Program-made: the position numbers and the translations under genes | The notes under the pieces: model-generated | What the model saw: only the letters and a program-made list of their open reading frames with translations | What the model was told of the DNA's origin: nothing | The model's database searches: none | Shown here: piece after piece, positions 1 through 9,968 of the stretch | Position numbering within the stretch: position 1 is the stretch's first letter | How the letters are laid out: the number at the start of each line of letters is the position of its first letter | Assembly (NCBI GenBank): GCA_964599075.1 | Contig: CAZREG010000001.1 | Span: 123,017-187,016, forward strand | Source: an uncultured Spirochaetaceae bacterium | Lineage (GTDB): Bacteria > Spirochaetota > Spirochaetia > DSM-27196 > SLST01 | Length of the DNA: 64,000 nt | Direction of reading: 5' to 3'

Positions 1-143
1 AACTCCACGAGCGAATAGCAAACGGAGTGCCCCTTCTGCGGCCATTTATGGAGATCTACTACTTCACCATCCCCGATGGAACAGCAACAATCGAGATCGG
101 GAACGGAGAGATCAGTGTTGCAGCCCAGCTTGCTCTCATCTGA
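1..143 (+). CDS. 3' end of an unidentified gene entering from the left edge (partial)
   Basis: Frame 3 is open from the window edge to TGA 141-143 (...FMEIYYFTIPDGTATIEIGNGEISVAAQLALI*). No family recognised. Confidence 0.3.
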   Translation, partial: LHERIANGVPLLRPFMEIYYFTIPDGTATIEIGNGEISVAAQLALI

Positions 144-164
144 CGGGAGTGGTAGCCTGTCGCC

Positions 165-512
165 ATGGCAGAGGAGACTATCTTCGAACGAATTCTCGCG
201 GGCGATATCCCTTCGGAGTCTGTCTACGAGGACGAGCACGTCTACGCATTCAAGGACATAGAGCCGCAGGCTCCCGTTCACGTCCTGGTCATTCCTCGCA
301 GGAAGCTCGAGAGCTTCGCCGATCTGCCTGCCGCTGATACCGGCGACGTCGCTGCGTTTATGCAGGGCGTCGCTAAAACGGCCCGTGCGTTGGGGCTCGA
401 GTCGTCAGGCTACCGCGTGGTGTTCAACACGGGCGCGGATGCGCTGCAGTCCGTCCCCTACATCCACGCACACATAATTGGCGGGCGGAAGCTGAGCTGG
501 CCTCCCGGTTGA
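165..512 (+). CDS. HIT-family (HinT-like) nucleotide hydrolase
   Basis: 115-aa ORF with N-terminal FERILAGDIP and the histidine-triad motif HAHIIGG near the C-terminus. Confidence 0.85.
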   Translation: MAEETIFERILAGDIPSESVYEDEHVYAFKDIEPQAPVHVLVIPRRKLESFADLPAADTGDVAAFMQGVAKTARALGLESSGYRVVFNTGADALQSVPYIHAHIIGGRKLSWPPG

Positions 513-539
513 CAATAGAGATCAAGACAGAGGAACTGT

Positions 540-2312
540 ATGGAACAATTGAAACGAACCGCCACCTGCGGAGAGCTTCGTGCGGTGGACGCGGAGAGAA
601 CCGTTGTGCTCAACGGGTGGGTGCATCGCAGTCGGGATCACGGTGGGGTGCACTTCATAAACCTCAGAGACCGATACGGGATCACCCAGGTCGTCATTGA
701 CGAAGACGCACCGAAGGAGCTTCAGTCGGTCGCCGAGGAGCTGAAGTTCGAGTATGTGATCGCAGTCGAGGGCACCGTGCGCAACCGCCCCGGGCAGATG
801 ATCAATTCGGAGATGCCCACTGGTGAGATAGAGATTGCAGCACGTGCTATTCACGTGCTGACCCGCTCGCAGACATTGCCGTTTATGGTGGATGAGCGCT
901 CGGATGCACGGGAGGACCTGCGCCTCAAGCACCGGTATCTGGACCTTCGCTCGTTCTCCATGCAGCGCAAAATCAAGCTGCGGCATGACGTGACGTTTCG
1001 CGTTCGCGAGTACCTGCATCAGCGTGATTTCTATGAGATTGAGACACCCACCATGATCCGCTCCACACCGGAAGGTGCCCGTGACTTCCTGGTCCCGAGC
1101 AGGATTCAGAAGGGCTCATTTTACGCTCTGCCACAGTCGCCGCAGCTCTACAAGCAGATCCTCATGGTCAGCGGTTTTGATCGCTACTTTCAGATTGCCC
1201 ACTGCTTTCGCGACGAGGACGCTCGCGGTGACCGCCAGCCGGAACATACCCAGATTGATATTGAGATGAGCTTCGTCGGACAAGAGGAAGTCTTCTCCCT
1301 TGTGGAAGGAATGCTCAGTCACGTATTTGCGCACACAATGGACCGCCAGCTGCAAACCCCGTTCGAGCGCATCCCCTACGACACTGCAATGAACACCTAT
1401 GGATCTGACAAGCCCGACCTGCGGTTCGCCCTGCCGCTTCAGGACTTCGCCACATTTGTCCCGGATAGCGAGTTCAAGGTGTTCAAGAGCGTGCTGGAGG
1501 ATGGCGGGAGCGTGAAGGCTCTTGTAGTGCCGGACAGCGCAGAGTACAGCCGTAAACAGATCACCGACCTGGAAGAGGTCGCGAAGACCTACGGAGCGAA
1601 GGGCCTGGCCTGGACAAAAGTAACCGGTGACGGGCTTGATGGCGGTATTGGCAAGTTCTTTGCCAAACAGCAGTCGGCGATCACAGGGGCCCTTGGGGCA
1701 AAACCCGGGGACCTGTTGCTCTTTGTCGCCGACGGCTGGAAGACCGCCTGCACCGCTCTTGGTGCGGTCCGGAACAGGATCGGGAAGGATCAACAGCTCT
1801 TTGACCCGGCTGACTTCCGATTCGCCTGGATTGTAGACTTCCCGCTCTTTGAGTGGAACGAGGATGGGAGCAAGTGGGAGGCGTCCCATCATATGTTTAC
1901 TATGCCGCAGGAGCACTACCTGGAGAGCATGGAGGATGACCCGGGCGCAGTAAAGGGCGCCCTTTACGATCTGGTCTGCAACGGCCTTGAGCTCGCCTCC
2001 GGCTCGATCAGGATTCACGATCCGGAGATTCAGAAACGGATCTTCTCCATCGTCGGGTTTCCGGAGGCCGAAGCGCAGAAGCGCTTTGGTTTCCTGCTTG
2101 AGGCGTTCCGCTACGGCGCCCCGCCGCACGGGGGTATTGCGCCCGGTCTTGATCGCCTTGTGATGCTCATGGCCGGAGAGAGCACCATTCGTGAGGTCAT
2201 TGCATTCCCCAAGAACACCGTGGGATACAGTCCGCTTGACGACAGTCCGTCGGAGGTTGACCCGGCACAGCTGGCCGAGCTGGGACTCAGCATTGTGGAA
2301 GACAAGGAGTAA
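540..2312 (+). CDS. aspS: aspartyl-tRNA synthetase
   Basis: 590-aa ORF with class IIb aaRS motifs: FYALPQSPQLYKQ, FRDEDARGDRQPEHTQID, GGIAPGLDRLVM. Bacterial-type length. Confidence 0.95.
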   Translation: MEQLKRTATCGELRAVDAERTVVLNGWVHRSRDHGGVHFINLRDRYGITQVVIDEDAPKELQSVAEELKFEYVIAVEGTVRNRPGQMINSEMPTGEIEIAARAIHVLTRSQTLPFMVDERSDAREDLRLKHRYLDLRSFSMQRKIKLRHDVTFRVREYLHQRDFYEIETPTMIRSTPEGARDFLVPSRIQKGSFYALPQSPQLYKQILMVSGFDRYFQIAHCFRDEDARGDRQPEHTQIDIEMSFVGQEEVFSLVEGMLSHVFAHTMDRQLQTPFERIPYDTAMNTYGSDKPDLRFALPLQDFATFVPDSEFKVFKSVLEDGGSVKALVVPDSAEYSRKQITDLEEVAKTYGAKGLAWTKVTGDGLDGGIGKFFAKQQSAITGALGAKPGDLLLFVADGWKTACTALGAVRNRIGKDQQLFDPADFRFAWIVDFPLFEWNEDGSKWEASHHMFTMPQEHYLESMEDDPGAVKGALYDLVCNGLELASGSIRIHDPEIQKRIFSIVGFPEAEAQKRFGFLLEAFRYGAPPHGGIAPGLDRLVMLMAGESTIREVIAFPKNTVGYSPLDDSPSEVDPAQLAELGLSIVEDKE

Positions 2313-2322
2313 CACCGCGGGC

Positions 2323-3201
2323 ATGAACAAGACGCCGGCGCCGGACGGGAAAACGGTAGAGAGGGTTCTCACGCTTCCGGGTTGGGAGTTGCACCGGGGT
2401 CCCCCGCTGACCACGCTGGATACCGCCGTGTACGCCGCCTTCGCCACCTGGTACGGACAACGCGTGGTACGCCTCGAGCATCACCTCTCCCGACTCCAGG
2501 ACTCGGCACAGCGGGTTGGGATAACCACGGTCCTGGACACCAGGCGGCTGCGCGTAGAGCTCGCCGCTATTCTCCAGGAGAGCGGTTTTCCAGAGGCCCG
2601 GATCCGGGTAACACTCACGGATCTGCGAACAAGCGGGAGCGCGGGGGCGGCGCTGATTGTGCGTATGGAGCCGTACAACGGGCCGCCGACAGATGAGAAG
2701 GCGCTCGGGGTGGCGTGCGGCCTTCTTAGCGGAGTTTCCCGCAGGACACCTGAGGCAAAACGGGCAGACTGGATAGAGGAACGCTCACGGGCAACTGGCG
2801 AACGGCAGGCTAATTTCTATGAGTGGTTGCTTGCTGACAAGAACAGCCGCATCACTGAGGGGACCAGCAGTAACTTCTATCTGGTCGCGGGCGATTCCAC
2901 GGGCAATCCGATCCTTCTCACCGCGGGCGCCGGCATCCTTGCCGGTACTGCCCGAGCAATTGTGCTTGAGGTTGCACCATCCATTCTCCCGGTCAGGATG
3001 GAGGCGCCAACGGTTTCTCACCTTTCAGATGCACAAGAGGCGTTCATCAGCTCGGCCTCCCGCGGGATCGTCCCGGTCACAGAGATTGATGGAAGATCGA
3101 TCGGGACGGGAGTTCCCGGCCCCCTCACCGTTCGGCTCATGCAGGCGTTCGACCAACGGGCCGAGCAGCTCGCTGTACCGCTTATACCGGTAGCCGAGTA
3201 A
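2323..3201 (+). CDS. class IV aminotransferase (branched-chain aminotransferase / aminodeoxychorismate lyase family)
   Basis: Start moved to ATG 2323 (MNKTPAP...), just after the aspS stop. Fold-type IV-like motifs EGTSSNFY, AGTARAIVLE, EAFISSASRGIVPV. Confidence 0.7.
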   Translation: MNKTPAPDGKTVERVLTLPGWELHRGPPLTTLDTAVYAAFATWYGQRVVRLEHHLSRLQDSAQRVGITTVLDTRRLRVELAAILQESGFPEARIRVTLTDLRTSGSAGAALIVRMEPYNGPPTDEKALGVACGLLSGVSRRTPEAKRADWIEERSRATGERQANFYEWLLADKNSRITEGTSSNFYLVAGDSTGNPILLTAGAGILAGTARAIVLEVAPSILPVRMEAPTVSHLSDAQEAFISSASRGIVPVTEIDGRSIGTGVPGPLTVRLMQAFDQRAEQLAVPLIPVAE

Positions 3202-3233
3202 CGTGAAAGCGGCTACAATAGAGGTGGCCTCGT

Positions 3234-4688
3234 ATGGGAAACTCCTCAGACGACAAGCGGACCACACTTCCTCCTGTAGATCTCCTTATGTCCTATCCCG
3301 AGATCCGCGATGCGCTGTCCGGGCTGGGCGTCTTTGTTCGAGACCTCGCAACCGGAGAGAGTTTCCCCAACTACCTGTGGACCGACCTGGGATACAGACC
3401 GGAGGAGCTGAGCGAGGAGTTCTGGCTGAGCATCGTTCATCCTGACGATCGCGATCGGGCACGACGAAACTACGAGCAGGTCCTCGCCGGCAAGATGCCC
3501 ACGTATCGGATCACCTATCGAGTAAAATCCCGCAGTGGCGAGTGGCACTGGATCATGAATGCAGGCCGCGTTGTAAGCTGGGATCAAGAAGGCCACCCGC
3601 GATTCTTCATTGGGGCGGACGTCGACATCACCGACCGTCACAGCATGGAGCAGGCGCTTGCCCGGGCCAAGGCGGAGGCGGAACAGCAGGCTCAAGAGGC
3701 AGAGACGCTGCGCATGGCCGGCGCCATAGTCACGAGCACGCTGGAAGTAGGCAAGACCGTACAGTTGGTACTCGAACAGGCGCAGAATGTTGTGAGCTAC
3801 GATACTGCAACGGTGCAGCTGCTGCGAAACGACGGGCTTGAGGTGATTGGCGGTGCCGGCTGGGACGATCTGGATGCCATCATAGGCGTTCGAGTCCCCT
3901 TCCCCGGTGACAGTCCCCACAGTGCGGCCATGGAAGCCAATCGTACCGTTCAGGTGCGGGACATGACGGCGGAGTATCCCGAGTACGCCAACATAGCCGG
4001 CACTCCGGTGCGAAGCTGGATTGGCGTGCCGCTCCTTGTGCACGGAGAGAGGATGGGCCTGATCACCATGGACAGCGCCCGGCCGGATTTCTTTACGGCA
4101 AAGGATGTCCGACTCGCGACCGCACTTGGCGACCACGTTGCCGTGGCTTTGCACAATGCACACCTCTACGAGCAGACACGAGAGCTGGCCATGACCGACA
4201 GCCTCACCGGGGTCTCCACGCGTCGAAGCTTCTTTGTGCAGGCGGAGGCAGCTCTCATTCAGGCTGTGCAGAACGGCGAGCATCTTAGCGTCATCATGGC
4301 GGATCTTGACCACTTCAAGTCGATCAATGACGAGTTTGGCCATGCCTCCGGAGACGATGCCATTCGCCGCGTTGCAGATGCTGCGCGGGAAACCCTGCGC
4401 CGTACCGATGTGATTGGAAGATACGGTGGCGAAGAGTTCGCCGTGGTACTTCCGCGGACCGCAGCGGCGGCGGCAAAGGTAATCGCGGAGCGGCTGCGCG
4501 AGCGGATCAAGGGCATCATAGTGCCGGGGACGCAACGCAACCTCTCGGTAAGTGTCGGGGTCACAACCAAAACTCCGGGGTCCTCCGACAGCGTGGATGC
4601 CATACTCGAAGAGGCAGACCAGGCGCTTCTGCGTGCCAAGCGTGCCGGCAGAGACACGGTGAGCGTCTACACGCCCAAATCTGCGTAG
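3234..4688 (+). CDS. PAS-GAF-GGDEF diguanylate cyclase
   Basis: 484 aa. PAS-like N-terminus (WHWIMNAGRVV...), a GAF-like middle, and a C-terminal GGDEF domain with an intact GGEEF motif. An RxxD I-site (RRTD) lies 5 residues upstream. Confidence 0.85.
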   Translation: MGNSSDDKRTTLPPVDLLMSYPEIRDALSGLGVFVRDLATGESFPNYLWTDLGYRPEELSEEFWLSIVHPDDRDRARRNYEQVLAGKMPTYRITYRVKSRSGEWHWIMNAGRVVSWDQEGHPRFFIGADVDITDRHSMEQALARAKAEAEQQAQEAETLRMAGAIVTSTLEVGKTVQLVLEQAQNVVSYDTATVQLLRNDGLEVIGGAGWDDLDAIIGVRVPFPGDSPHSAAMEANRTVQVRDMTAEYPEYANIAGTPVRSWIGVPLLVHGERMGLITMDSARPDFFTAKDVRLATALGDHVAVALHNAHLYEQTRELAMTDSLTGVSTRRSFFVQAEAALIQAVQNGEHLSVIMADLDHFKSINDEFGHASGDDAIRRVADAARETLRRTDVIGRYGGEEFAVVLPRTAAAAAKVIAERLRERIKGIIVPGTQRNLSVSVGVTTKTPGSSDSVDAILEEADQALLRAKRAGRDTVSVYTPKSA

Positions 4689-4711
4689 CAGAGTTCAGGG
4701 CGCAGGCGTCC

Positions 4712-6907
4712 TCACTTCTCCGTCAGGCGGACGACGCCGTCCCAGGCTTTCGGGCGGTGATCCTCAGGCAGCGCCGCCATCTCGCGCGCCTGTCCGAGCA
4801 ACCGCGCGGCGGGGGCATCCACGTCGGCAATCCGGCCCCAGTGCTCGACCGCCTCACCAAATCGTCCGTCGTAGAACGCGGATAGGCCTGCCGCATACGT
4901 CTCCAGCACAACCCGACGCTCCTCATACTCTTCCCGGAACATGGGCTCGTAGACGGTGAGAGGCTCTTTTCGTCCGACGACCCCTATGCGGCCCAGCTCC
5001 CGTGCGGGGAATGCTTCCTGAGTTCTCGCATGGGTGTACTGAGAAACAAGGAGAAAGGTCCCAAAGAGCTTGTTGCTCCCCTCCAGGCGCGCGGCAAGAT
5101 TCATATGGTCGCCAAGCGCAGTGTAGTCAAACCGTGTCTCACTGCCAAAGTTCCCCACAGAGACATCACCCGTGTTGAGCCCGATCCTGGTGTAGATGGG
5201 CACCCCCACGCCGGTGGGCGGCGGGGCCATCCATCCGCTGCGGAGGGAAGAAAGGGCGCGCTGGCAGCCAAGTGCCGCCCGAACCGCGCGAGTTGCGTGA
5301 TCCTCGTAGCGGATAGGAGCGTTCCAGAAGGCAATGATGGCATCGCCCTCGAACTTGTCTATGGTTCCGCCCTCTTCTTGAATAATCCTCACAAGCGCGG
5401 AGAGATAGTCGTTGAGGAATCCAGAAAGCTGCTCCGGTTCCAGCGCCTCGCTGATAGTCGTGAACCCCTGAATATCGGAGAAAAACATGGTGAGCTCCCG
5501 CTTCTCTCCACCAAGTCGGAGTTGGGCGGGATTGTCCACCACCTGGTTGACCACGTCAGGACTCAGGTACTGTCCGAACGCGCTGCGAATGAAGCGCTTC
5601 TGTGCTCCTTCTGTGGCGTAGTTGGCAACGTTTGCGGCGGTAACTGCGACAAAGAGAACGACCACCGGCACCACAATCGGCACCCAGAGCGAGAGCAGGT
5701 AGCCAAGCGTCCCAAACCCAATGGCAAGCCCCACAAGACCGGTGAGGATCAGAACTTCAACCCACGGCTTGCGGGCGTAGCTGGCCAGAAACGCACCGAG
5801 CATGGCGAGCGCCAGGATGAGGATGACTCCGGCCCAGAGGGGCAACTCACGCATAAATTGCCCGGATAGCAGATTGTCCAGCATAGTCGCATGAACAGTC
5901 ACACCCGGGGCGCGTGGATCAAGGGGTGTTGGACGCAGATCGAGCAGGCCGCTTGCCGCCAACCCAAGGACCAGATGCTTTCCTGCGAGAGAGGCCGGAT
6001 CAAGGATGGGCTCGGCACCGCTTTGAACCTGAAATCCACTCACCGCCAGATCAAAGGCCGATATCTGCTGATGCCGGGGCGGTGATGACTCACCGGTGGC
6101 CGGATCGGATTGGGCGGGGGTCGTGTAACGCAACAGCACCTTCCCTCTCCGGTCCACGGGGATCGGCAGCTCGTTCAGCAACGCCCGCCCGCGCTCGTAG
6201 ACGAGTGTTGCAGAACCGTCGGTGATGGTCATGTAGGAGCCAAGCGCAAGTGAGGGCACCGGCTGGTCAAGGTGGTAGTTGTGCAGACGGTAGCGGCGAA
6301 ACACTCCGTCTTCATCATTTGCCTGATTCACAAAGGTGAGCAGAGCGTTGGAGGGGATGACGAACTCGAACGGAAAGCTCGCCCGCTCAAAGGTAAGATC
6401 AGACTGCGTAACAGAGAGGGCGTCCATGCCGGCAACGCCGAGCGCCGGACGAGAGACGTACGGCGGCCACGGCTCCTGCCCACCGGAACGCAACTCAGCG
6501 CCGTACACAACGTCCCCGTAGAGCTGTGCCGCGGTTCTCAGCACCTCGTCATCAGCGAAGGTTCCTGCACCCTCGTCCTCGAGAATGATGTCAAACGTGA
6601 AGCTCGCGGCACCGGCGGTGCGGGCGAAATCGATCATGAATCCGTAGAGCGATCGCGGCCAGGGCCAGCCGATACCGTTGACCTCCAGCATCTCTTCCAG
6701 GTCCGACTGCTCAACCATCACCAGCATCACGTCGTCGGTGGCGTCCGTGGGAGCGGCAAGGGTTCGAACCCGCAGGTCCCAGGTTGTGTTCTCTGCCGCC
6801 TGCAGGGCACCGGTGAGATAGAGCGTAAGCCCCACCGCCGCGCCAAGCGCGCCCACCAGAAGACTCCGGGAGAGTCGCGAGGAGAGGGCTCCGTGAGTTT
6901 CTGCCAT
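4712..6907 (-). CDS. CHASE2-sensor class III adenylate/guanylate cyclase
   Basis: 731 aa. N-terminal TM helix, a periplasmic region with the CHASE2-type GIGWPWPR motif, a TM cluster, then a cyclase domain (FFSDIQGFTTISE, GDAIIAFW, GDHMNLAARLEG). AAGGAG SD lies upstream of the ATG. Confidence 0.85.
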   Translation of the reverse strand: MAETHGALSSRLSRSLLVGALGAAVGLTLYLTGALQAAENTTWDLRVRTLAAPTDATDDVMLVMVEQSDLEEMLEVNGIGWPWPRSLYGFMIDFARTAGAASFTFDIILEDEGAGTFADDEVLRTAAQLYGDVVYGAELRSGGQEPWPPYVSRPALGVAGMDALSVTQSDLTFERASFPFEFVIPSNALLTFVNQANDEDGVFRRYRLHNYHLDQPVPSLALGSYMTITDGSATLVYERGRALLNELPIPVDRRGKVLLRYTTPAQSDPATGESSPPRHQQISAFDLAVSGFQVQSGAEPILDPASLAGKHLVLGLAASGLLDLRPTPLDPRAPGVTVHATMLDNLLSGQFMRELPLWAGVILILALAMLGAFLASYARKPWVEVLILTGLVGLAIGFGTLGYLLSLWVPIVVPVVVLFVAVTAANVANYATEGAQKRFIRSAFGQYLSPDVVNQVVDNPAQLRLGGEKRELTMFFSDIQGFTTISEALEPEQLSGFLNDYLSALVRIIQEEGGTIDKFEGDAIIAFWNAPIRYEDHATRAVRAALGCQRALSSLRSGWMAPPPTGVGVPIYTRIGLNTGDVSVGNFGSETRFDYTALGDHMNLAARLEGSNKLFGTFLLVSQYTHARTQEAFPARELGRIGVVGRKEPLTVYEPMFREEYEERRVVLETYAAGLSAFYDGRFGEAVEHWGRIADVDAPAARLLGQAREMAALPEDHRPKAWDGVVRLTEK

Positions 6908-6978
6908 ATCGCGCTCCTTGATGCTTGTCTCTGATCCGACTCAGCGTCGGTCACAACCGGGGTGCTGTCGAACGGGTA

Positions 6979-7962
6979 TCATATGTCTCCCAGTGCCGCC
7001 TGGAACCGGGCGTCTGCCGCCCCGGAGTCAATCCGGCCACCCTCTTCCACGCCTCGCAGATCGGTTGATGTAAGATCGTTAATGCGGGACTGGGGACGTG
7101 GGTGTGTCTTGGAGAAACCTACCGGCTCGGCAGCGCCCTCGTATTCTGCCTGCTGTGCGGCATCCATTCGTTCGAGCACACGGTTCATCGCGTAGGGGTC
7201 GTAACCCAAGCGACGCAGAATTTCCACCGCAGCGCCGTCAGCTTCGCGCTCGGTTGCTCCGGAGTAGCCGCGGGTCAACAGCGTATCGAGCACCTCGCTG
7301 GTCGTGTCTGCAAAGATGCTGGTAAGCTCCTGCAGCTCTTCGCCGGCAACCGTATCAATGGCGCTCAGTGCGCCCTCCTGAAGGGCGCCAATAACGCGTG
7401 CATTTCGGATGCTCCCCAGACCGTGACGATACGCCACATGCCCGATCTCATGAGCCAGGACAGCTGCCACCTCAGCTTCTCCATCAGTCAGGCGAAGCAT
7501 GCCACGGGAAATAAAGATATGGCCACCGGGAGAGGCGAACGCGTTGATCTCATCAGTATCCATGATCTGAAACGTGTAGCCGTTATAGATCTGCGGCCGC
7601 TCGGAGGCGAGCGCCAGCGCTTGCCCCAGGCGATTGAGGTAGAGATTGGCCTGGGCCTGGTTGTAGGGAGGGTACTGGTCGAGGATGGTTGCCGCGACCG
7701 AACGCCCCACGTAGTACTCCTGCTCGGGAGTGAAGGGGCTGTTTGCTGCATCCATCACCTCGCCAAGGGTCTCTACACCCTGGAGCGCAAGCGCCCACTG
7801 CGTCTCGCCGGACTGCAGATTGCCCGCAATGGAGCTCAGCCCCGTGGCAGTCTCGAGCAGGGTGGCACAACCGCTGAGCGAGAGGATTGCTCCGGCGGTG
7901 AGAAGCACGCGCAACGATCGTAGACGCAGGATGGTGTGCCGGCCGGTTCTCAGCAGGTTCAT
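6979..7962 (-). CDS. M48-family zinc metalloprotease lipoprotein
   Basis: 327 aa. Lipobox LSLSGC, HEIGH zinc motif (LAHEIGHVAYRH). The start overlaps the upstream stop as ATGA (7959-7962). Confidence 0.85.
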   Translation of the reverse strand: MNLLRTGRHTILRLRSLRVLLTAGAILSLSGCATLLETATGLSSIAGNLQSGETQWALALQGVETLGEVMDAANSPFTPEQEYYVGRSVAATILDQYPPYNQAQANLYLNRLGQALALASERPQIYNGYTFQIMDTDEINAFASPGGHIFISRGMLRLTDGEAEVAAVLAHEIGHVAYRHGLGSIRNARVIGALQEGALSAIDTVAGEELQELTSIFADTTSEVLDTLLTRGYSGATEREADGAAVEILRRLGYDPYAMNRVLERMDAAQQAEYEGAAEPVGFSKTHPRPQSRINDLTSTDLRGVEEGGRIDSGAADARFQAALGDI

Positions 7963-8444
7963 TCCTCACCTCCCAGACTCAGGTCGGCGTTCACGGCTGA
8001 GAGGAACTCAGCGAGCTCTTCCACCGGAAGCACGAACTCTTCCATACGATCAACGGCAGCAAAATCAAGATCGTTCTGGTCTTTGTATTCGCTCTCTATC
8101 TGCTCGTTGAACCCCCGGCCGGCCAGCGCAATCTCGCGGGTTGTGGCACCCTCTCTGTTGCCGTCTCCAGCTGCAAGGTTGAGAGACTGCGGCTCATCCA
8201 CCGCCGAGGCAGCCAGCCAGCCTTCCACACCCTCGTCCGCCTGCAGCACCCGGAGCCAGGGGCCGCGCACTTCAAGGATTTCGACAAGAACCCCGTAGGG
8301 CAGCCGTGCTTCAATGACTGAAAGGAACGACGGGGTAGATCGAAGCTCTGCCTCACGGACCGAGACAGCCCGCTGCTCACCAATGTCCTGGGCAAACAGC
8401 AGCATGGGCAGCAACAGAAGAACGAGAACCGGGAATCTGCGCAT
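7959..8444 (-). CDS. secreted protein with a bacterial SH3-like segment
   Basis: ATG 8444 is preferred over GTG 8456 because GGAGG lies 6 nt upstream. Signal peptide MRRFPVLVLLLLPMLLFAQD. The segment LPYGVLVEILEVRGPWLRVLQADEGVEGWLAASAV has SH3b-like spacing by eye. Confidence 0.6.
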   Translation of the reverse strand: MRRFPVLVLLLLPMLLFAQDIGEQRAVSVREAELRSTPSFLSVIEARLPYGVLVEILEVRGPWLRVLQADEGVEGWLAASAVDEPQSLNLAAGDGNREGATTREIALAGRGFNEQIESEYKDQNDLDFAAVDRMEEFVLPVEELAEFLSAVNADLSLGGEE

Positions 8445-8460
8445 AGATACCTCCACCGCG

Positions 8461-8489
8461 ATTATAGAGATGCAGCCGCCAGACGTCGA
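8461..8489 (-). promoter_or_regulatory. putative sigma70-type promoter of the SH3-like/M48/CHASE2-cyclase unit
   Basis: On the minus strand: TCGACG (8489-8484), 17-nt spacer, perfect TATAAT (8466-8461). It sits about 17 nt upstream of ATG 8444. Confidence 0.35.
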
Positions 8490-8504
8490 GGGTGCCGGGA
8501 ACCG

Positions 8505-9932
8505 TCAGTCCGCTGTGGCCAGACCGGGCGACTGCGACTGCTCGCCGCTCTCCTCATCCCGGTAAGAAGGTCCGTCCTCCGGCAGGCGACGCATCTCTCT
8601 GGCGAGCCAGATCACCGTAATCGCAGTGCTGATGAGATCCGCGGCCGGGAAGGCAATCCAGACCCCGGTGAGGCCGAAAAGCGGCGGAAAGATAAGGATA
8701 AACGGGATGAGCAGCAGCACCTGACGACTGAGACTCAGAAACATGGCGGGGATTGCCTTACCGACCGACTGGAAGAAGACTGCACCCGCAATCTGCATCC
8801 CGATCAGTGGCACCGCAAGGATCATGATCCGTATAGCACGAACGCCTATCGAAATAAGCTCGGCGTCCGCGGTAAAGACGCTGAAGACCGGCTCCGGGAA
8901 GAGCATGACGATCGTAAAAAAGAACGAGCTTATGATGACGGTTGTCCTGTTGGTGACTACGACCGCTTCCCGTACGCGGGCGAACTGGCGGGCGCCGTAA
9001 TTGTAGCCAACGATTGGCTGGAATCCCTGGGCTATACCAAAAAGCGGCATGAGGCTGAAGATGAGTACACGGTATATCACTCCAAACGCGGACACATGCA
9101 ATGCGCTTCCGTAGTTGACCAGTGCTACGTTGGTAATGACAATAAAAAAGCTGCTGGCAAACTGCCGGATAAACGGTGGCAGTCCCAGCTTCACGATCTC
9201 TCGTACAATCTCCGGACGAGGAATGAGATCGCCGAACGTCAGCTTCAGCGAGCTGTGCCCGCGAAGGTAGAAGAGCGCTGCGTAGACAAAGCTCACGCCC
9301 TGTGCAATCACCGTCGCCAGCGCGGCTCCCCGGATACCCATCCCGAACCCCAGGATAAACACCGCGTCAAGGCCAATGTTGAGGACCGCTCCCAGTAACA
9401 TGATAGTCATGGAACGCAGCGCCCGCCCCTCACTGCGCACGATGTGATTGGCAGCAATCGCTCCGGAGACGAACACGGAGCCAGGCAGAATCGTGAGAAG
9501 GTACTCACGACTGAATCCAATGATCTCACTGGTGGCACCAAAGAATCGGAGCACCGGCTCAAGAAAGAGCAGCCCCAGCACGGAGAGCGCCCCGGCGGCA
9601 AGCATACCCAGCGAGAACGCCGTCCCGGCTGCCTGCCGCGCCCGATCGCGATCCCCGGAACCGAGGGCCCTGGAGATAACACTTGCACCACCAATTCCCG
9701 CAGCAAGACCTATCGCCACCATGATGAGCTGCAAGGGGAACGCGACCGTCAGCCCGGCGATGGCCAGCGGTCCCACCCCACGGCCTACGAATATTGTGTC
9801 GACGACGTTATAGAGCGCATTGACGAACATCCCTATAGTCGCGGGGATGGCCATCCGCGCAAGCAATCCGGGTATTGGGTGTGTAGCGAGCAAGCGCTCA
9901 CGATCGGGCATCTTTTGTTGGGAAGTACTCAT
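8505..9932 (-). CDS. MATE-family efflux transporter
   Basis: 475 aa with about 12 TM helices. MATE-like N-terminus (LARMAIPATIGMFVNALYNVVDTIFVGR). Confidence 0.88.
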   Translation of the reverse strand: MSTSQQKMPDRERLLATHPIPGLLARMAIPATIGMFVNALYNVVDTIFVGRGVGPLAIAGLTVAFPLQLIMVAIGLAAGIGGASVISRALGSGDRDRARQAAGTAFSLGMLAAGALSVLGLLFLEPVLRFFGATSEIIGFSREYLLTILPGSVFVSGAIAANHIVRSEGRALRSMTIMLLGAVLNIGLDAVFILGFGMGIRGAALATVIAQGVSFVYAALFYLRGHSSLKLTFGDLIPRPEIVREIVKLGLPPFIRQFASSFFIVITNVALVNYGSALHVSAFGVIYRVLIFSLMPLFGIAQGFQPIVGYNYGARQFARVREAVVVTNRTTVIISSFFFTIVMLFPEPVFSVFTADAELISIGVRAIRIMILAVPLIGMQIAGAVFFQSVGKAIPAMFLSLSRQVLLLIPFILIFPPLFGLTGVWIAFPAADLISTAITVIWLAREMRRLPEDGPSYRDEESGEQSQSPGLATAD

Positions 9933-9968
9933 ATCTCTCCAGAGCGTTGAAGAACTTAGTCATTGTTG

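Noticed and set aside
1116-2447. 443-aa ORF antisense to aspS
   Set aside because: It lies entirely inside and opposite a confidently identified gene. Its Arg/Gly/Pro/His-rich composition is typical of shadow ORFs in high-GC DNA, and no motif is recognised.
3246-4535. 429-aa ORF antisense to the PAS-GAF-GGDEF gene
   Set aside because: Shadow ORF of a high-GC gene with no recognisable domain. The sense strand has clear GGDEF motifs.
6761-6770. GGTTCGAACC, a tRNA T-loop-like string (also GGTTCGAATCGG at 32813-32824)
   Set aside because: The flanks do not form a 5-bp T-stem or an acceptor stem, and both strings lie inside well-supported CDSs. I found no tRNA in the window.
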